Assembly (NCBI RefSeq): GCF_006345805.1
Contig: NC_043007.1
Coordinates: 8,060,001-8,124,000, forward strand
Reading direction: 5' to 3'
From: Octopus sinensis
Lineage: Eukaryota
DNA: 64,000 nucleotides
Shown here: positions 12,991-27,165 of the stretch, piece by piece
Layout of the letters: every line of letters starts with the position of its first letter
Position numbering within the stretch: the first letter of the stretch is position 1
Made by a program: the position numbers and the translations under genes
Notes under the pieces: model-generated
Database searches by the model: none
Seen by the model: the letters and a program-made list of their open reading frames with translations, nothing else
What the model was told of the DNA's origin: nothing

Positions 12991-13894
12991 CTGAGCAATG
13001 TATTCAACGATTTCCTTCATTATATATACATACATACCTACATGTACGTGTGGTGTGTGTGTGTGTGTGTGTGTATGTGTGTGTGTGAGAGAGAGAGAGT
13101 TTGTGTGCGTGTTGACTTTCTGTGCAATGTTATATGGTGTTAGTCAACGTAATGTCACACAAACCACTTCTGTTCCCACTCAGTGCTACCCCAACACAGT
13201 ATTCAATATTTAGTGCCAGACTTTCTCTCTTTTCTATCTATTTTTCTCTGTTCTTCTCCTCTCCCCTCTTGTGGGCAAAACCTTCCCCATCTATTTCTAT
13301 CTGCCTCTCTACCTCTCTGCTGCCTTTCTCTCTTTACTACCTTCCGTTTCTTCCTCGGTCCATCTCTGTCAACTACCTACTGTCTATCTTTATTCCCTTT
13401 TTTCTCTGCACTCCCTCTTTCTTCCTACTTGCTCTCCCCATCCCTCTCTACTCCACTCTGTCTCTCTTTCTTCACTTGTTCGTACAAAAAGATCATCCAA
13501 TTTTTTATCACTCATCTTTTTTCTACTTGACCAGTGCGCAGGTAAGACATGTATTTTGTTTCATCTCCTGTCTAGCACACACTTCAGACCCCCAGTTTAC
13601 CTGTTCACTTTTCATTCTTTTCTTTCCTTTTATCTTTCTTCCCTTCTACCCCATCTTTCCATCCTTCTCCTGAGCCTTCTCATTGTACCTTTGGAACACA
13701 AACACCACTATTTTCTTCCTTGTTTGTTAGGTTTCGACATGTAGTGTCCCACATTTCGAAATACTTGCAATTTGTATTTTTACTGCTTATGTTTGCTCTA
13801 CTTGATATATTTCCAAAATCAAATATTTTAATATGCAAAATATACTTCACATTATTACATATACTATTTGTTAATGCAAAAAATATTCTGTTAA

Positions 13895-14367
13895 TTGACC
13901 ATCTTCAAAATAATAACACCATCAATGGAAAGTTCAGTGCCAACTTCTAAGGCAGTTATGAAAGGCTATCAAGACCAAACACCCAGAAAAACTGATGAAT
14001 GGGGTCTTGTTTCATTAGGACAATGCTTCAGCACACAAGTCCTTGGTTTCAATGGCTGCTGTGCGTAACTGGCTTTGAACTGGTTGCTCACCCCTCCCTA
14101 TGTTAGTGATCTGGTTCCATCTGGTTATCATCTGTTTCCCAACATAGAAAAACACTCAGCTAGGCACCAGCATCACTGTGATGATGACGTCTTATCTGCT
14201 GTTGATGACCATTTTGACCAACAGAATATAGCTTCTTCACCAGTACGATCCAAGCACTGCAACTACTTATGGAAGTGTGTGGACAGTAAGTGGGAAAATG
14301 AACTTCATTTGGTTACATTCCATGAGAGTGTCTTGCTCAGGCTATGAACATTTCAGCCAACCCTCAT
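13895..14367 (+). pseudogene. Mariner transposase 3' remnant with right TIR
   Basis: GVLFH*DNASAHKS, PPYVSDLVPSGYHLFPNIEK and DDDVLSAV, ending in the TIR-like CAGCCAACCCTCATA. Confidence 0.8.
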
Positions 14368-15749
14368 AGTAATAACAATTATTATTATAATTGCATCTGT
14401 TTTAATGTCAACATCTAAAAAAATCTACATCTTTCATTAAAAAATTTGGACCTGGGTTTACACCCCCTAAGTAAATTTTGTTCCTGGGCCACTGCGATCA
14501 CTATTTGTTAATAATGACAATTTAAACTCAAATCAATGAAGAAGAATCAATATGCCAAAATATAATAATATAATACTGCAAAAATTTAAATGTCTGAATG
14601 TAGCAGCAGAAATTAAAGCATAAATAGGAGTTAAAATCACAGTTTTATTGTTAATCTTACACTTAAATGCTTAAGAATTATTTAGGAATAATAACAACAG
14701 CGATTGCCTGAATTCTTGGTAGAAAAAAAAGAAAGTAAGTTAAGAATTAATGGATTAATAAAGGTGTTTTAAACAGCTGTGATGAAAGAAGAGATCTGAA
14801 ACGGAAACGATGTGAAAGGGCAAATGCAGGAATGGAAAGCAGATTGGCCACTAGGAAAGTAAAAGAAAAAAGAGAGAATTATGGTAGCAAACGTTCATGT
14901 TAGCGAAAAGTGAAGAAACGGAAAGAAAATCATTGAATACGTAACAGAAAAAAGCATTAAAAAATGTAACTTTAAATTGACGTCATAAAAATTTAGATAC
15001 TTCGAGAGAACGTCAAATTATTCTATTTTGGAACGGTGGAACTCAAAGCAGATAAAACTATAAATACTAATTTCAAATTTTGGCACAAATCCAGTGATTT
15101 CGGGTGAGGGTAAGTCGATTACATCGACCCCAGGGCTCAAATGGGACTTATTTTATCGACCCCGAAAGGCAAAGTCGACCTCGGCAGAATTTGAACTCAG
15201 AACGAATAGATAGGTGAAATGTTGTTAAGCATTCTGCTCGGCGTGCTGACCACTCTACCAGTTCGTCGCCTTGGACAAAGCTATAAATGATTACATATAA
15301 ATATTGTTAGAAAAGGACTCTTTCAATAATGTCTTTATCTCCTTCCAGTTTCACCGTTCCATAAAAGCATTAGAATCTTAAATATCATAAGACCTCAGTG
15401 TAAGTATAGTAAGAATGTAAATACATTCTTTCAACGATATTAATGTGTTTAGGGTGGGTGGAAGGGGAGGAAGAGTCTCTTGACGGACTACTTCACGATA
15501 TGTTGACTGCTTCTTAGAGGGGAAGAGCAGTCAACAAACTATTTCTTCTGTTCGTCAATAGCATAGGAAAGATTTTTTCTGTATATCAATAGCATAGAAA
15601 AACAGTGTTTGCATTCTTGTTATATCCACAGTAAGGCTTTATAATATTTGAATTCCTTTCATTTCTTCTAGTTTACGCTGTGTTGTGCAAAAATCTAACC
15701 AAAGAATGGATACTTAATGTCAATTGATTGAAGATTAATATAGTCGCAT

Positions 15750-16760
15750 ACAAAAGCGAATGAAATAATTGAAGGATGAAAAGAATACTGAGAGTGACAA
15801 GTCACAAAAGAGAGGTAGACTATGATAGGCTAAAAACAATGTAAAAACAAAAAAAAAACCTCTTTGATATACTGCAAAAGCAAGGAATCATTGAAAAAAG
15901 TTATACGAATAATCAGGGAAACGAAAATGTAATAAATTACGAGTAACAGACGACATAAATACAGACTTGTTAAACGAGTCACTGGGACTCTTTGTTGCAT
16001 TTTGTAAGAAAGAATTTTTAGATATTGGAAAATGGACAAAATGGCATTGGAGTAAATGGTCAAAACCAGATATTATACCACTGTCAAAGAAAGAAATTAC
16101 CAGTTTCAAACCAACTGTACAGTTTGTTTAATTAATCACCCAAGTAAGGATGTTTTAACGAAACCAACAATAAAAACGATACTTAATGAAAAACAGGCTT
16201 TCGAGAAGATCGATAACGTTAATATTCGAAGTGAAAAAGACGGTGGGTTGGCAGGATCCCAAGTGCATTGGAAAATGTCTTTTGCACAATTTGTTCTGAC
16301 CATTTTATATTCTAAGTTTAAATCCCGTCGAGCTCAATTTTTACATTTCATCTCTCCGAGGATAAAATGAAGACCAGCCAAGTACTGAGGTCAATGTAGA
16401 TAACTAACCCTTTCTCTTAAAATTGCTGGTCTTGTGTCTAATGTAGAAATAAATTTCTGATTGAAAAGTATATGAAAAACTAGCGACACCGTTACAACAA
16501 ATCTGTTGACATTAAAACAGTTTTGGACAAGGTGTGTTATGAGACACCTTGCCTTGATATAAGAAATATATCATCAGTCTATCAACAGTAAACGTTATAA
16601 AGTCATTTTAAGAACATGCAAAATTGTTCAGTTTTGATTAAAAAGCCAAGTACATTTGTTTCAAACGACATTTGGTGTCAGATAAGGTAGTTACAGATAG
16701 CTTTGTCTCTTTTGCAATAAGGCTTTAGCAAGAAATTACTAGAACAGTAAATTAGCGAGG
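15750..16760 (+). mobile_element. Decayed RTE-like LINE RT fragment interrupted by a SINE (16240-16455)
   Basis: IIPLSKK..CLINHPSKDVL, EKQAF (EEQAGF), then VDIKTVLDKV (DFKKAFDRV) and GVR*G after the SINE. Confidence 0.6.
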
Positions 16761-17476
16761 GTGGAGAATCCCGCCAACGCGGCTTCCAACTGGTTTAATC
16801 CTCCACGCAATCTAGATTTCTTCACAAATACAGCTACAAGTTTCCTATCCGTAATGAGGCAACACCTAACTAACATCAAAAAGTAGTTCCTTGCTGAATT
16901 ATTCCCTGGATGTGATGCACTAAAATTATCATTTTCATAACAGAAAGGAAATCATTTACTGCATTTTGTTATTTAATACGAATTAATGCTTATAATGTTT
17001 TGTCTGGAAGGTTCTGCCGGTCTTGCTTACTGGAACACCACGGTCATACACCGTATGTATGTATGTATGTATGTATGTATGTATCTTTGTATGTATGTAT
17101 CTTTGTATGTATGTATGTATGTATGTATGTATGTATGTATGTATGTATCTTTGTATGTATGTATGTACGCATGTATGTATGTATGTGTGTATGCGCGCAT
17201 GCCTGTGTATGCGTAAAATAAGTACGTATGTGCGTGTATCTGTGAGCGCGCGCACACACACCCATATATATATACACACACGCATACACACATATATGTG
17301 AAGCCATAATTGTAAACAACAATTCTATTTAATATGCTTAAAAATCAAATAAAACGTCTATTAATTCCTCCCGGAAAAAACTATAATTGCATGCGCGGGA
17401 AAAGGTGGTGGTGATTGTAGAAGACAAAAGCTTTCATCTAAATAACAAAAAGTTACACTCTCCTCCCCACCTCTCT

Positions 17477-17515
<39 letters not shown>

Positions 17516-17615
17516 CACACGACAAAGCGGTAGAGAAGTAAAAGTAAAGAGAAGTAACTCTAGCCGAGAAAATTGTTGAAAATTACCAAGGGAAGCATAA
17601 AAATAACGAGGACTA

Positions 17616-17616
17616 G

Positions 17617-17702
<86 letters not shown>

Positions 17703-17731
17703 GCTGTTGTTGTTGCTGTTGTTGTTGTTGT
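17616..17731. repeat. (GTT)n trinucleotide microsatellite, about 38 units
   Basis: Directly visible, with two GCT interruptions. Confidence 0.95.
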
Positions 17732-18005
17732 CGGTGGTGGTGAAGATCGAACAGTTCTGAAAAGCGTTCTAGCCCCGACTATTTTGTCCTTTTTTTGGAA
17801 AAAAATATATTTATACGGAGGAGTAGTTAGTGATAGTGGTGTTGAACTATTCCGTTCTGATGAAAGCTGATCCTGCCGTGACCATCTCGTTTATTTTTAA
17901 TGTCAGGAATTATTTTGTCGAATGTATACTTTCTTTGGAATTGTATGATCTGATTTTAGTGAAAATGGGTGGACCGGTTAGCGTGTGGTCTTTTATCTAT
18001 CTATA

Positions 18006-18091
<86 letters not shown>

Positions 18092-18167
18092 CCTACCTAT
18101 CTATGCACACATACTTACATATAAATATGTACACACACATGCAAACACACACACACACACATATACA

Positions 18168-18215
<48 letters not shown>

Positions 18216-18221
18216 TATATA

Positions 18222-18296
<75 letters not shown>

Positions 18297-18336
18297 TATA
18301 TATATATTATATATATATATATATATATACATCTAT

Positions 18337-18371
<35 letters not shown>

Positions 18372-18373
18372 CA

Positions 18374-18461
<88 letters not shown>

Positions 18462-18750
18462 TTTAAATATTGAGGGAGATAAATTAATATAATTTTAATA
18501 TCAATTTAAAAACCAGTAGTCCAGCATTCAAAAAATCTGAGGAGTCAGAGAAAATTCAAATATATGTGTATATTGGCAGGGCTGGCCTGCTAGGTAGCCG
18601 GCCAGAATGCTAGAAGAAGATCATCAACGATCAAACTACAAGGGAAATTCTCTAGAGGAAGAATTCAGCGAACACCAGAACCAACATTGGCGGGCAGGAC
18701 ATATGAAAAATTAATAAAGTATATATGTATATTATATATATATATATATA

Positions 18751-18782
<32 letters not shown>

Positions 18783-18811
18783 ATATTATATACGTACATA
18801 TGTATGTGTGT

Positions 18812-19018
18812 ATGTCATTATTCAGTTTTATTTCAAGATTTTTTGTCAATAGAGAAGAAGCCACTTTCTAACCTAGATTCAAGGCTCCTTCATTGGAATT
18901 TCAACACCAACAACAGGGGGTTTTTTTTTGTATGTATGGATGTTATGTGCAGATTTGTATGTTGTTTTATGTATGTATTCTCTTACATATAGTTGCATAT
19001 TTAAATTATAAACTTCTG
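18812..19018 (-). mobile_element. 3' UTR fragment of the RLE-type LINE family seen at 40228-40690
   Basis: Near-identical TGTCATTATTCAGTTTTATTTCAAGATTT..CCTTCATTGGAATTTCAACA..CAACAGGG block. Confidence 0.75.
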
Positions 19019-19026
19019 TATATATG

Positions 19027-19131
<105 letters not shown>

Positions 19132-19162
19132 ACACACACACACACACACACCACACACACAC

Positions 19163-19196
<34 letters not shown>

Positions 19197-19202
<6 letters not shown>

Positions 19203-19790
19203 AAATAGGACGAGAACGCAAAATATCCAGACAGGTAATACAAAAAAAGGACAACAAAACATCCAGCTAGGCGATACATAGAAAACAAGGACAGGTCGTT
19301 CGGAGTTTTCTTTCCTCAGTCAAGTTCCAGATTATCTTTGCAATTTCGGTTGGTTATACACGAGATTGCTCCAATCTGGTCAGCCCCAAAGAAAAACTAA
19401 ACTAAGAGCATTAGATTCCTTGGAAAAAAGCAGCGAATGTATACGAAAACAAGGACGAGAAAAAAAGGAGAATGTTACACAAATACACATAACAGGACAT
19501 AACAACAGGTATTTTTCGACTAAGGACGAACTAAATTAAGCTGGCGTGTGTGGAAGTAAAGCCTTACAGCAGGGATACAAGATATCACAGGCACAGGGAG
19601 GAATATAGATGTTGCACGGACAACGGCCGGACCAAGAAAGAAAGGTCAGGCTTGGCCGAACACCGGTCACGTGTGGAGAGAAGTGAGAGAGAGAGAGAGA
19701 TGCAGAGACAGAGGGACAGAAGAATTTAGGAGGGGCGAGAAAAAATGACAGAGACACAGTGAAGTGAAAAGAGGAGGGAAAGTGAGCATG
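19197..19790 (-). mobile_element. TA-embedded interspersed repeat carrying a structured RNA motif (candidate permuted hammerhead); related truncated copy at 5955-6086
   Basis: Both copies share GGACAGG..TTCG..TCAGTCAAG..AATTTCGG on the + strand and both abut TA tracts. Confidence 0.55.
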
Positions 19791-19791
19791 G

Positions 19792-19873
<82 letters not shown>

Positions 19874-21026
19874 TACAAAGAACGGACAAGAGGTGCCGGA
19901 GGATTGTACCCCAAGGTTTATTGTTCTTCAATTTAACTCTCCACCGCATACAAAAAGGTTAGCAGTGGTCAAGTGGTAAAGACATTATTCTGCTTGGCGA
20001 AGGCATCTGACAATGTTTCTCTGCGGGAAAATTCCGTTGTACTGTTAAGTGAAATTTGGCGATTGAGGGCCGAATCCACGCTATGCCTGCATGAAGCCAC
20101 TACTTATATATATAATTATATGGTGCACACACATTGTACAGAGTGCTCAGGTGCACTATAACTCGTGTTCGTGCATGACACTTCGTTTCACGTTATTTCT
20201 CTGTCTACTTAGCTGTAACGAGTACCAATTGGGTGCTGGTGGAGCCCTCTCTCCTCTTCCTACCACCAAAACCGTTTCACTAGTTCAAAAGTGAGATGAA
20301 CACAAGAGGGTATCTATATGGACTCGCGACTACATAGGCATCTAAAACAATTAGCAAACCCAGGACCTATAAGAGTGGGGGTGGGGTGGCGTATTTCATC
20401 TGGGACATCAGTTCGGGGGCTCAGAGATCTAAGGAGTAGACGAGGTTTCTAACACCTCTTCGCTGAACGAGACCCGAAAGTAACCCCGTTTTGCTTTGCA
20501 ATACTCGCTTAGTGCTGTGTATACATTTGACAATGTAGTCCTGAATTCATAAAAAAGGAAAGAAAAACAACCCTAGATGGTCCCGGCTGGAACCCTTTTC
20601 ATAAGAACTGTTCGCTTGTGATTGATTTAGGGCTAACAACACCGTAATTAGGTCTCGTCATTTTTATGTATTCCGTAGCAGTTTAAAAAAAAACTTTTTT
20701 CTGCTAGAGTTATTACTCTTTATAATATTTCTCTTGGCTGCTGTTTTCAGCATATGGAAGGACACGCAGAACCGCCCTCATAAACCTAGTTTTGTTTTAA
20801 AAATAGGAAAATAGCAAAAGTAGGGTGGAGGCGAAGCAGTAGAAATGCTAAGTTGTCCGTTTCGTATTAATGTCTTACAATACATACAAGCAGACATACA
20901 TACATACATGCATATATACTTACACACATACATACATACATATGCATGTATATGTTACGTGTGTGTGTGTATCACATATATATATATGTGTGTGTGTTAT
21001 ATATGTGTCATATATACATATATATG

Positions 21027-21068
<42 letters not shown>

Positions 21069-21418
21069 CATAACTATAGGGTTTCAGTTTCCGTCTAATA
21101 AATCCACTCAGAAGTGTCTGTGTGTGTGTGTGTGTGTGGATAGCTATTGATAGATGTATATTCATGTTTACATACATTCATATATATATATATATTTCTT
21201 TACTACCCACAAGGGGCTAAACATAGAGAGGACAAACAAGGACAGACAAAGGGATTAAGTCGATTACATCGACCCCAGTGCGTAACTGTACTTAATTTAT
21301 CGACCCTGAAAGGATGAAAGGCAAAGTCGACTCGGCGGAATTTGAACTCGGAACGTAACGACAGACGAAATACGGCTAACATTTCGCCCGGCTTTCTAAC
21401 GTTTCGCCCAGCTCGCCG

Positions 21419-21504
<86 letters not shown>

Positions 21505-21670
21505 ATATATATATTATATATATATATATTATTATATATTATATATATATATATATAGATATATATATATATATATATATGTTATATATATATATATGTT
21601 ATATATATATATATTGTTATATATATATATGTTATATATAATATGTTATGTAATATATATTATATATATA

Positions 21671-21706
<36 letters not shown>

Positions 21707-21709
<3 letters not shown>

Positions 21710-21780
21710 GGCCGGATTAATATCCATAGGGGCTCAAAGCCCTTAAAACGTTTTGGTGCACCCGTTTTATATGTAAATTT
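21707..21780 (+). mobile_element. hAT-type MITE terminus (CAGGGCCGGATT..)
   Basis: Terminal motif with a subterminal GGGGC..GCCC hairpin, typical of non-autonomous hAT ends. Confidence 0.4.
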
Positions 21781-24190
21781 AAACTATAAACAATAATAAA
21801 CCATAAAATACATTTCTATTTTTCAAAATGGAAAAAAACCAACAGAAAGACTAAAATGGTCTTCGTTTTTTGTCTATCTTTGCACTTTATTTATATTTGT
21901 AACTTTTTTTTAATTGCAAAGCTTTTGATCAGATCCTCACCATGACACCGTGAACACACAAACACATACACATACACACATACATGCATATATATACATA
22001 CATACATACACACACATTCATTTATTCTTTTATCTGTTGCAGTCATTTGAATGCGGCCAAGCTGGAGCACCGCCTTTAGTCAAGCAAATCAACCCCCAGG
22101 ACTTATTCTTTCTAAGCCTAGTACTTATTCCATCGGTTTCTTTTGCCGAACCGCTCAGTTACGGGGACGTAAACACGCTAGCATCGGTTGTCAAGTGATT
22201 TGAGGGACACACAAACATATACACACATATATACCAATATATACAACGGGCTTCTTTCAGTTTCCCTCTACCAAATCCATTCACAAGGCTTTGGTCAACC
22301 CGAGGCTTTAGTAGAAGACACTCGCCCGAGGTGCCACGCAGTGGTACTGAACCCGGAACCATGTGGTTTGCAGCAACCTACTTACCACACAGCCACTCCT
22401 ATAAATACGTACACAAACTCCCTTCCTCACAAAAATTCATCATTTTTTCTTCTATTTTTTACTCATTTTAGCCATTAAATTGCGGCCAAGCCCGGGACCC
22501 GCCTCGAAGGCTTTAGTCGAACCCCTGCCCTCACCGAGACTTATGTTTTTGAAGTCTGGTGGTCCTTATTGTATCGGATATTTTTGCAGAACCTCTCAGT
22601 TGCGGGCACGTAAACACAATGATACCGGTTGTCAAGAAGTTGTGGAGGACAAGCACAGACAGACACATCCACGCGCGCGCGCACCCTCACACACACACAT
22701 ATTCTTTTACTTGTTTCAGTCATTTAACTGCGGCCATGCTGGAGCACCACTTTTAGGGGAACAAATCGATACGAGGACTTATTCTTTGAAAGCCTAGTAC
22801 TTATTCTATCGGTTTCTTTTGCCGAATCGCTAAGTTACGGAGGTCTATAAACGCACCAACATCGATTGTCAAGCGATAGGTGGGGGTGAGGGACAAACAC
22901 ACACACACACACATACGATGGGTTTCTTTCAGATTCCGTCTACCAAATCCGCTCACAAGACTTTAGGCGACCCGGGATTATAATAGAAGACACCTTCTGA
23001 AAGTGCCACGCAGTGGGACTGAACCCTGAACCCTGTGACTGGGAAGCAAGACGGCTTCCTTTCAGTTTCCCCTCTAACAATTCCACTCACAAGGTTTTAG
23101 TCGACCCGGGGTTATAGCAGAAGACACTTGCCCAAGCTGTCAAGCACTGGGACTGAACACAGAACCATGGAATTTGTTTTCTTCCGCTTCATAATGTTTT
23201 CATTATTTCCCACGCGCTTACCTCCTCAACCCTTCCCTCCCACATCAGTACCTCGCTCCCTCACCGTCAACGCCGCTACCCCCTCCCTACCATCACTTCT
23301 ATCATCGTGGTCAACGGCCTCATCGTCACCATTGACCAAGTCGTCAACACCATCACCACTAATATCAACAAGTAGCGCTACAACTTAACTGTCCCAGCTT
23401 CATCACCGCAGCTACGACCCACCAACACCATCACCACCAGCCACAACAACACCAACACACCCACCATCAACGAAGACGCTCCTATCTGCTGGAAATAGCA
23501 GCCAAATACTTTTCAGATTACACCATACCATCCTGATAATAATAAAAAAAACATAATGGACACCATTATGTATAAGTGTTTTGTTGTATTGACTAAAAAT
23601 AAAATGGCATAGTCATGATTGGAACGCTTTGCTCATAGATCTATTTAATCAGGGTAGACCTAGGGCTAAATATCACCACCACCACTGCAACAAACACTTC
23701 CTCACCTGCCTCTCCGTCACTGCCTTCCGCCATGTTGAAATTATCGACTTACCTGGACGCCCATCTGTGAAACTCTCCACTCGGGTTTCTCTTACTTTAT
23801 CGAGAGAGTTTGCTTTAGAAGAAGTTAAATTTTACTTAGTCCTGAATATATTATACTTAAAATGGAGCTTTCCGTTGAAGAACACGAACTTTTTAAATTA
23901 TTAATTTTATTTTTATGATTATCATTATTATTGTTATTATTACTAAATATTTTCCTCCGACGTCGCACCTGTTTACTGGCTGAAAAACCAAGCATTAGAC
24001 TTGCCTTGTCTTAACTGGCTCAGTGAATCGTGAGTCACCTTCTCGACAAGTAAAACAAGACAACAGCTAACAAAACAAAACTAAGTGAACTACATTCTGC
24101 CTGTAAGTAGTTTACAGGTGTGTTGAAGTGAAGTTCACTCCTCGTCTACACACCTGTACACCAAATAAAATATTTTGTTTTGGTTTTCAG

Positions 24191-24248
24191 TGTATCCACT
24201 TTGGTTATATATACTTACACGTTAAAACACTTCTGCCTGGCACCATTG
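24191..24248 (+). CDS. Candidate 58-nt exon completing the PDZ-like domain (CIHFGYIYLHVKTLLPGTI)
   Basis: TTTTGTTTTGGTTTTCAG acceptor and TTG|GTGAGT donor. Open in phase 0, matching the phase-0 donor at 6673. IYLHV fits the last PDZ strand. Confidence 0.5.
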
Positions 24249-24311
24249 GTGAGTATTCAACTTTTCTCTTCATTGTTTCACTATTATAAATATATTAAAT
24301 AATTACATGCA

Positions 24312-24344
<33 letters not shown>

Positions 24345-24528
24345 CTATCTGTCTGTCGTATTGTGTATGGGGAGAGTTATTCTCTTTTAGTGCTTTATTT
24401 CTTAACACACTCACCGGTTCGATTTCCACTCATTTGTTTATTTTTCTAAAATGTTCGTTGCATCTTGCATATATACATACATTATATATTTATATATATT
24501 TTTTGTGTGGTCTATAACCATGTATATA

Positions 24529-24566
<38 letters not shown>

Positions 24567-24595
24567 TATTTGTGGTGTATATAAACATGTATATA

Positions 24596-24637
<42 letters not shown>

Positions 24638-24682
24638 GTGTGTATATAAACATGTATATAGCATATATATATATATATATAT

Positions 24683-24729
<47 letters not shown>

Positions 24730-27127
24730 TATATATATATATAGAGAGAGAGAGAGATGAAATAAAAAGTCCTTGGTGCAGTATTAATTCTTTCTGATAA
24801 TTTTTTTCAATTTAATAATTAGATGTTTATACATCATTCGGTGTTTACAAATCGTAAACACTTAAAGTTTATCAACGTCTATTTGAATTGATAACATTAT
24901 CAGAAAAGCCGTTCTTCATTTTTTTTTTTTTTTCAAATATAAACACACACACACGTACCCCTGTGTATGTATGTTGTGTGTGTATATATAGATGTGTGTA
25001 TGTATGATCCTTTTTAAAACTTGTAGCATCGACCTACATTCATCTTCCACTCCGAAAACTTTTCGAATCCTCGTATATTTTCTTTGTGATTTGCTTTTAC
25101 AATCAAAATCCTGTAATTTCGGTTAATCATTTATTTCTTCTTTTCCGGTTAATAAGTAAAAACATTTTGAAGTTGTACTTTGTGCAAACGATGTTGTTGA
25201 GAAATGAAAACAGGAGTCTTATTATACCTATTTATAGCTATTATTGTTAATTTGAACGGTTTGGTGAGTAGGAAGGTCCCTCAACCTTCCCTCGGCGCTA
25301 GATCCCGAGGGACATCTTACCTGTGCTTTGTATGTGTGTGTGTTGGGAAAGAAATTTGCTGAAGTAGTATATTCTTGCCAGTTTAGCCTCTTGTTAAGCT
25401 TATTAATTAACCTAAACATTACTAACCTGTCATTAATCTATGCAATATTTTCTTACCTGGATATTTAATTATTCATACATAGCTGTCCGTTCTAACGTGG
25501 CGACGACGACCACCACCTCTTACGTCTTCTCACACAACATTTTAAAATATTTGATTTATGCCACGCAACTATGACATACACTCAATTATTTCGATTTAAA
25601 TAAAAGCAAAGGCCAAAACTAGACAGCCATCTATGGGTAATTAATTAATAATTAATCATAAGATACTTTTACTTCCTAGAGTGTGCTGTCTATGAAACAC
25701 CTTGAAGTAATTAAAAGACAACAGGAAGCTAACCAGACACACAGCTCTGAAAGGGCGTGGAGTGTTAAGCAACTCTCTTTACTAAAGTACAGAGGAATTA
25801 ACTCCCTAAAATAGTTCACTTCCTCGACGGAGCAATCTCGCCTTTTTATGAAACATACTCACCGAAGTAAATAGACGACAGGAAGCCACCCACAACTTTA
25901 TAATGGCGTGGTGTGTTAAACAAAACAACCCACTTTTATTAAAAAGATCCTCATAAAGTTTGGTCGCTGTTTTCTTGAGTCTTACTTTTGCTTTTGAAAA
26001 TTTAATTCTGGCTTGGTGTTCCAATCTAACCGACCTTCAGTCGAGTTCTGTTTTACTCTACCTTTAGTATTCGGGGACTATTTCCCCCACCACCTTTGGC
26101 ACCTATGTGCTCACATGGTTGTGTGTTTGTATACAGACTAATTTATAAATAATTTCATAAACTGTTCCTCTTCTCCCTTCACCTGGAACTCTATTATTTA
26201 AACAAGCTTTATTCGATGCTATTTTTGTCTTATTGTCATTTATTAAAAATAAAATTAGTAGAGCAGAAATGATTTCAAATACTTTTCCGTGGTGGTAATA
26301 GTAGTAGTAGTAGTAGTTATTGTTGTTGTTGTTTAACCCAAGGTCGGTACTAAACGAGCTAACTTCTGACCAATATGATCAAAGACTTTTCTCCCGTTAT
26401 CATTCCTTTTTTTTTTTATTTCTTTTCGGCAGCATTTTGAAATGACTGTACCTCCAAGTCCCATGTCTCATAGGAAAAGAAAAGGGTTGTCTTTTTTCCT
26501 ATCAGTTTTTAAAAATGTTCTTGTGTTTCATTCAATCTTCCCAATCCGTCTCTTTTCCAATTCCTATGAAATATGTCTTTGAGATAACCATTTCAAAACT
26601 CTGCATTTTCATTCTAGAACCACTTTATCAAAAATATATATTCATAGTTTCTGTCTTTTAAAAACAGTAGTATGTTAGTTGAAATTAATTTTGGCTGCTG
26701 CTTCTAGCTAATCGAATAACCACTGACGAAGGCATCAATTAAATTTAATCTTCTTGATGATGTTTCGCCGCTAATTTCGTCTTTTTCACGAGAACCTAAA
26801 TCATAAATATTTAATTCTCTGGTTTATCTATTCGTAAACAATAATTTGCTGTAATAATACGGTCGAAATCAAATGAAGTAAAGAAAATTAAATTGAATTT
26901 CTGAACTTTGTAACCTGAACAACTTTTCAAGATGTCCCTCAAGTCGGAAGTTTTATGAAATGAAATCCAGCATAATAGATAATAAACATGTCACTACGAG
27001 CCAGCTAGCCAACTCATATTGCTATTAAATCTTGACAGATCTTTCTTGCTTTTTACTTTATGACACCATTTCATTCAACGATGTTTAGCTTTTTCTAAAC
27101 GTGTGCACTTAATAAATAAATAAATAA

Positions 27128-27165
<38 letters not shown>

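Noticed and set aside
13122-13744. Hydrophobic 115-183 aa ORFs
   Set aside because: CT-rich low-complexity tract with no recognisable domain.
23128-23475. Ser/Thr/Pro-rich ORF
   Set aside because: Degenerate (CAC/CAT/CAA)n tract following SINE fragments.
25238-25270. Micro-exon ending at a GTGAGT donor
   Set aside because: Weak acceptor and uninformative peptide; cannot be distinguished from chance.
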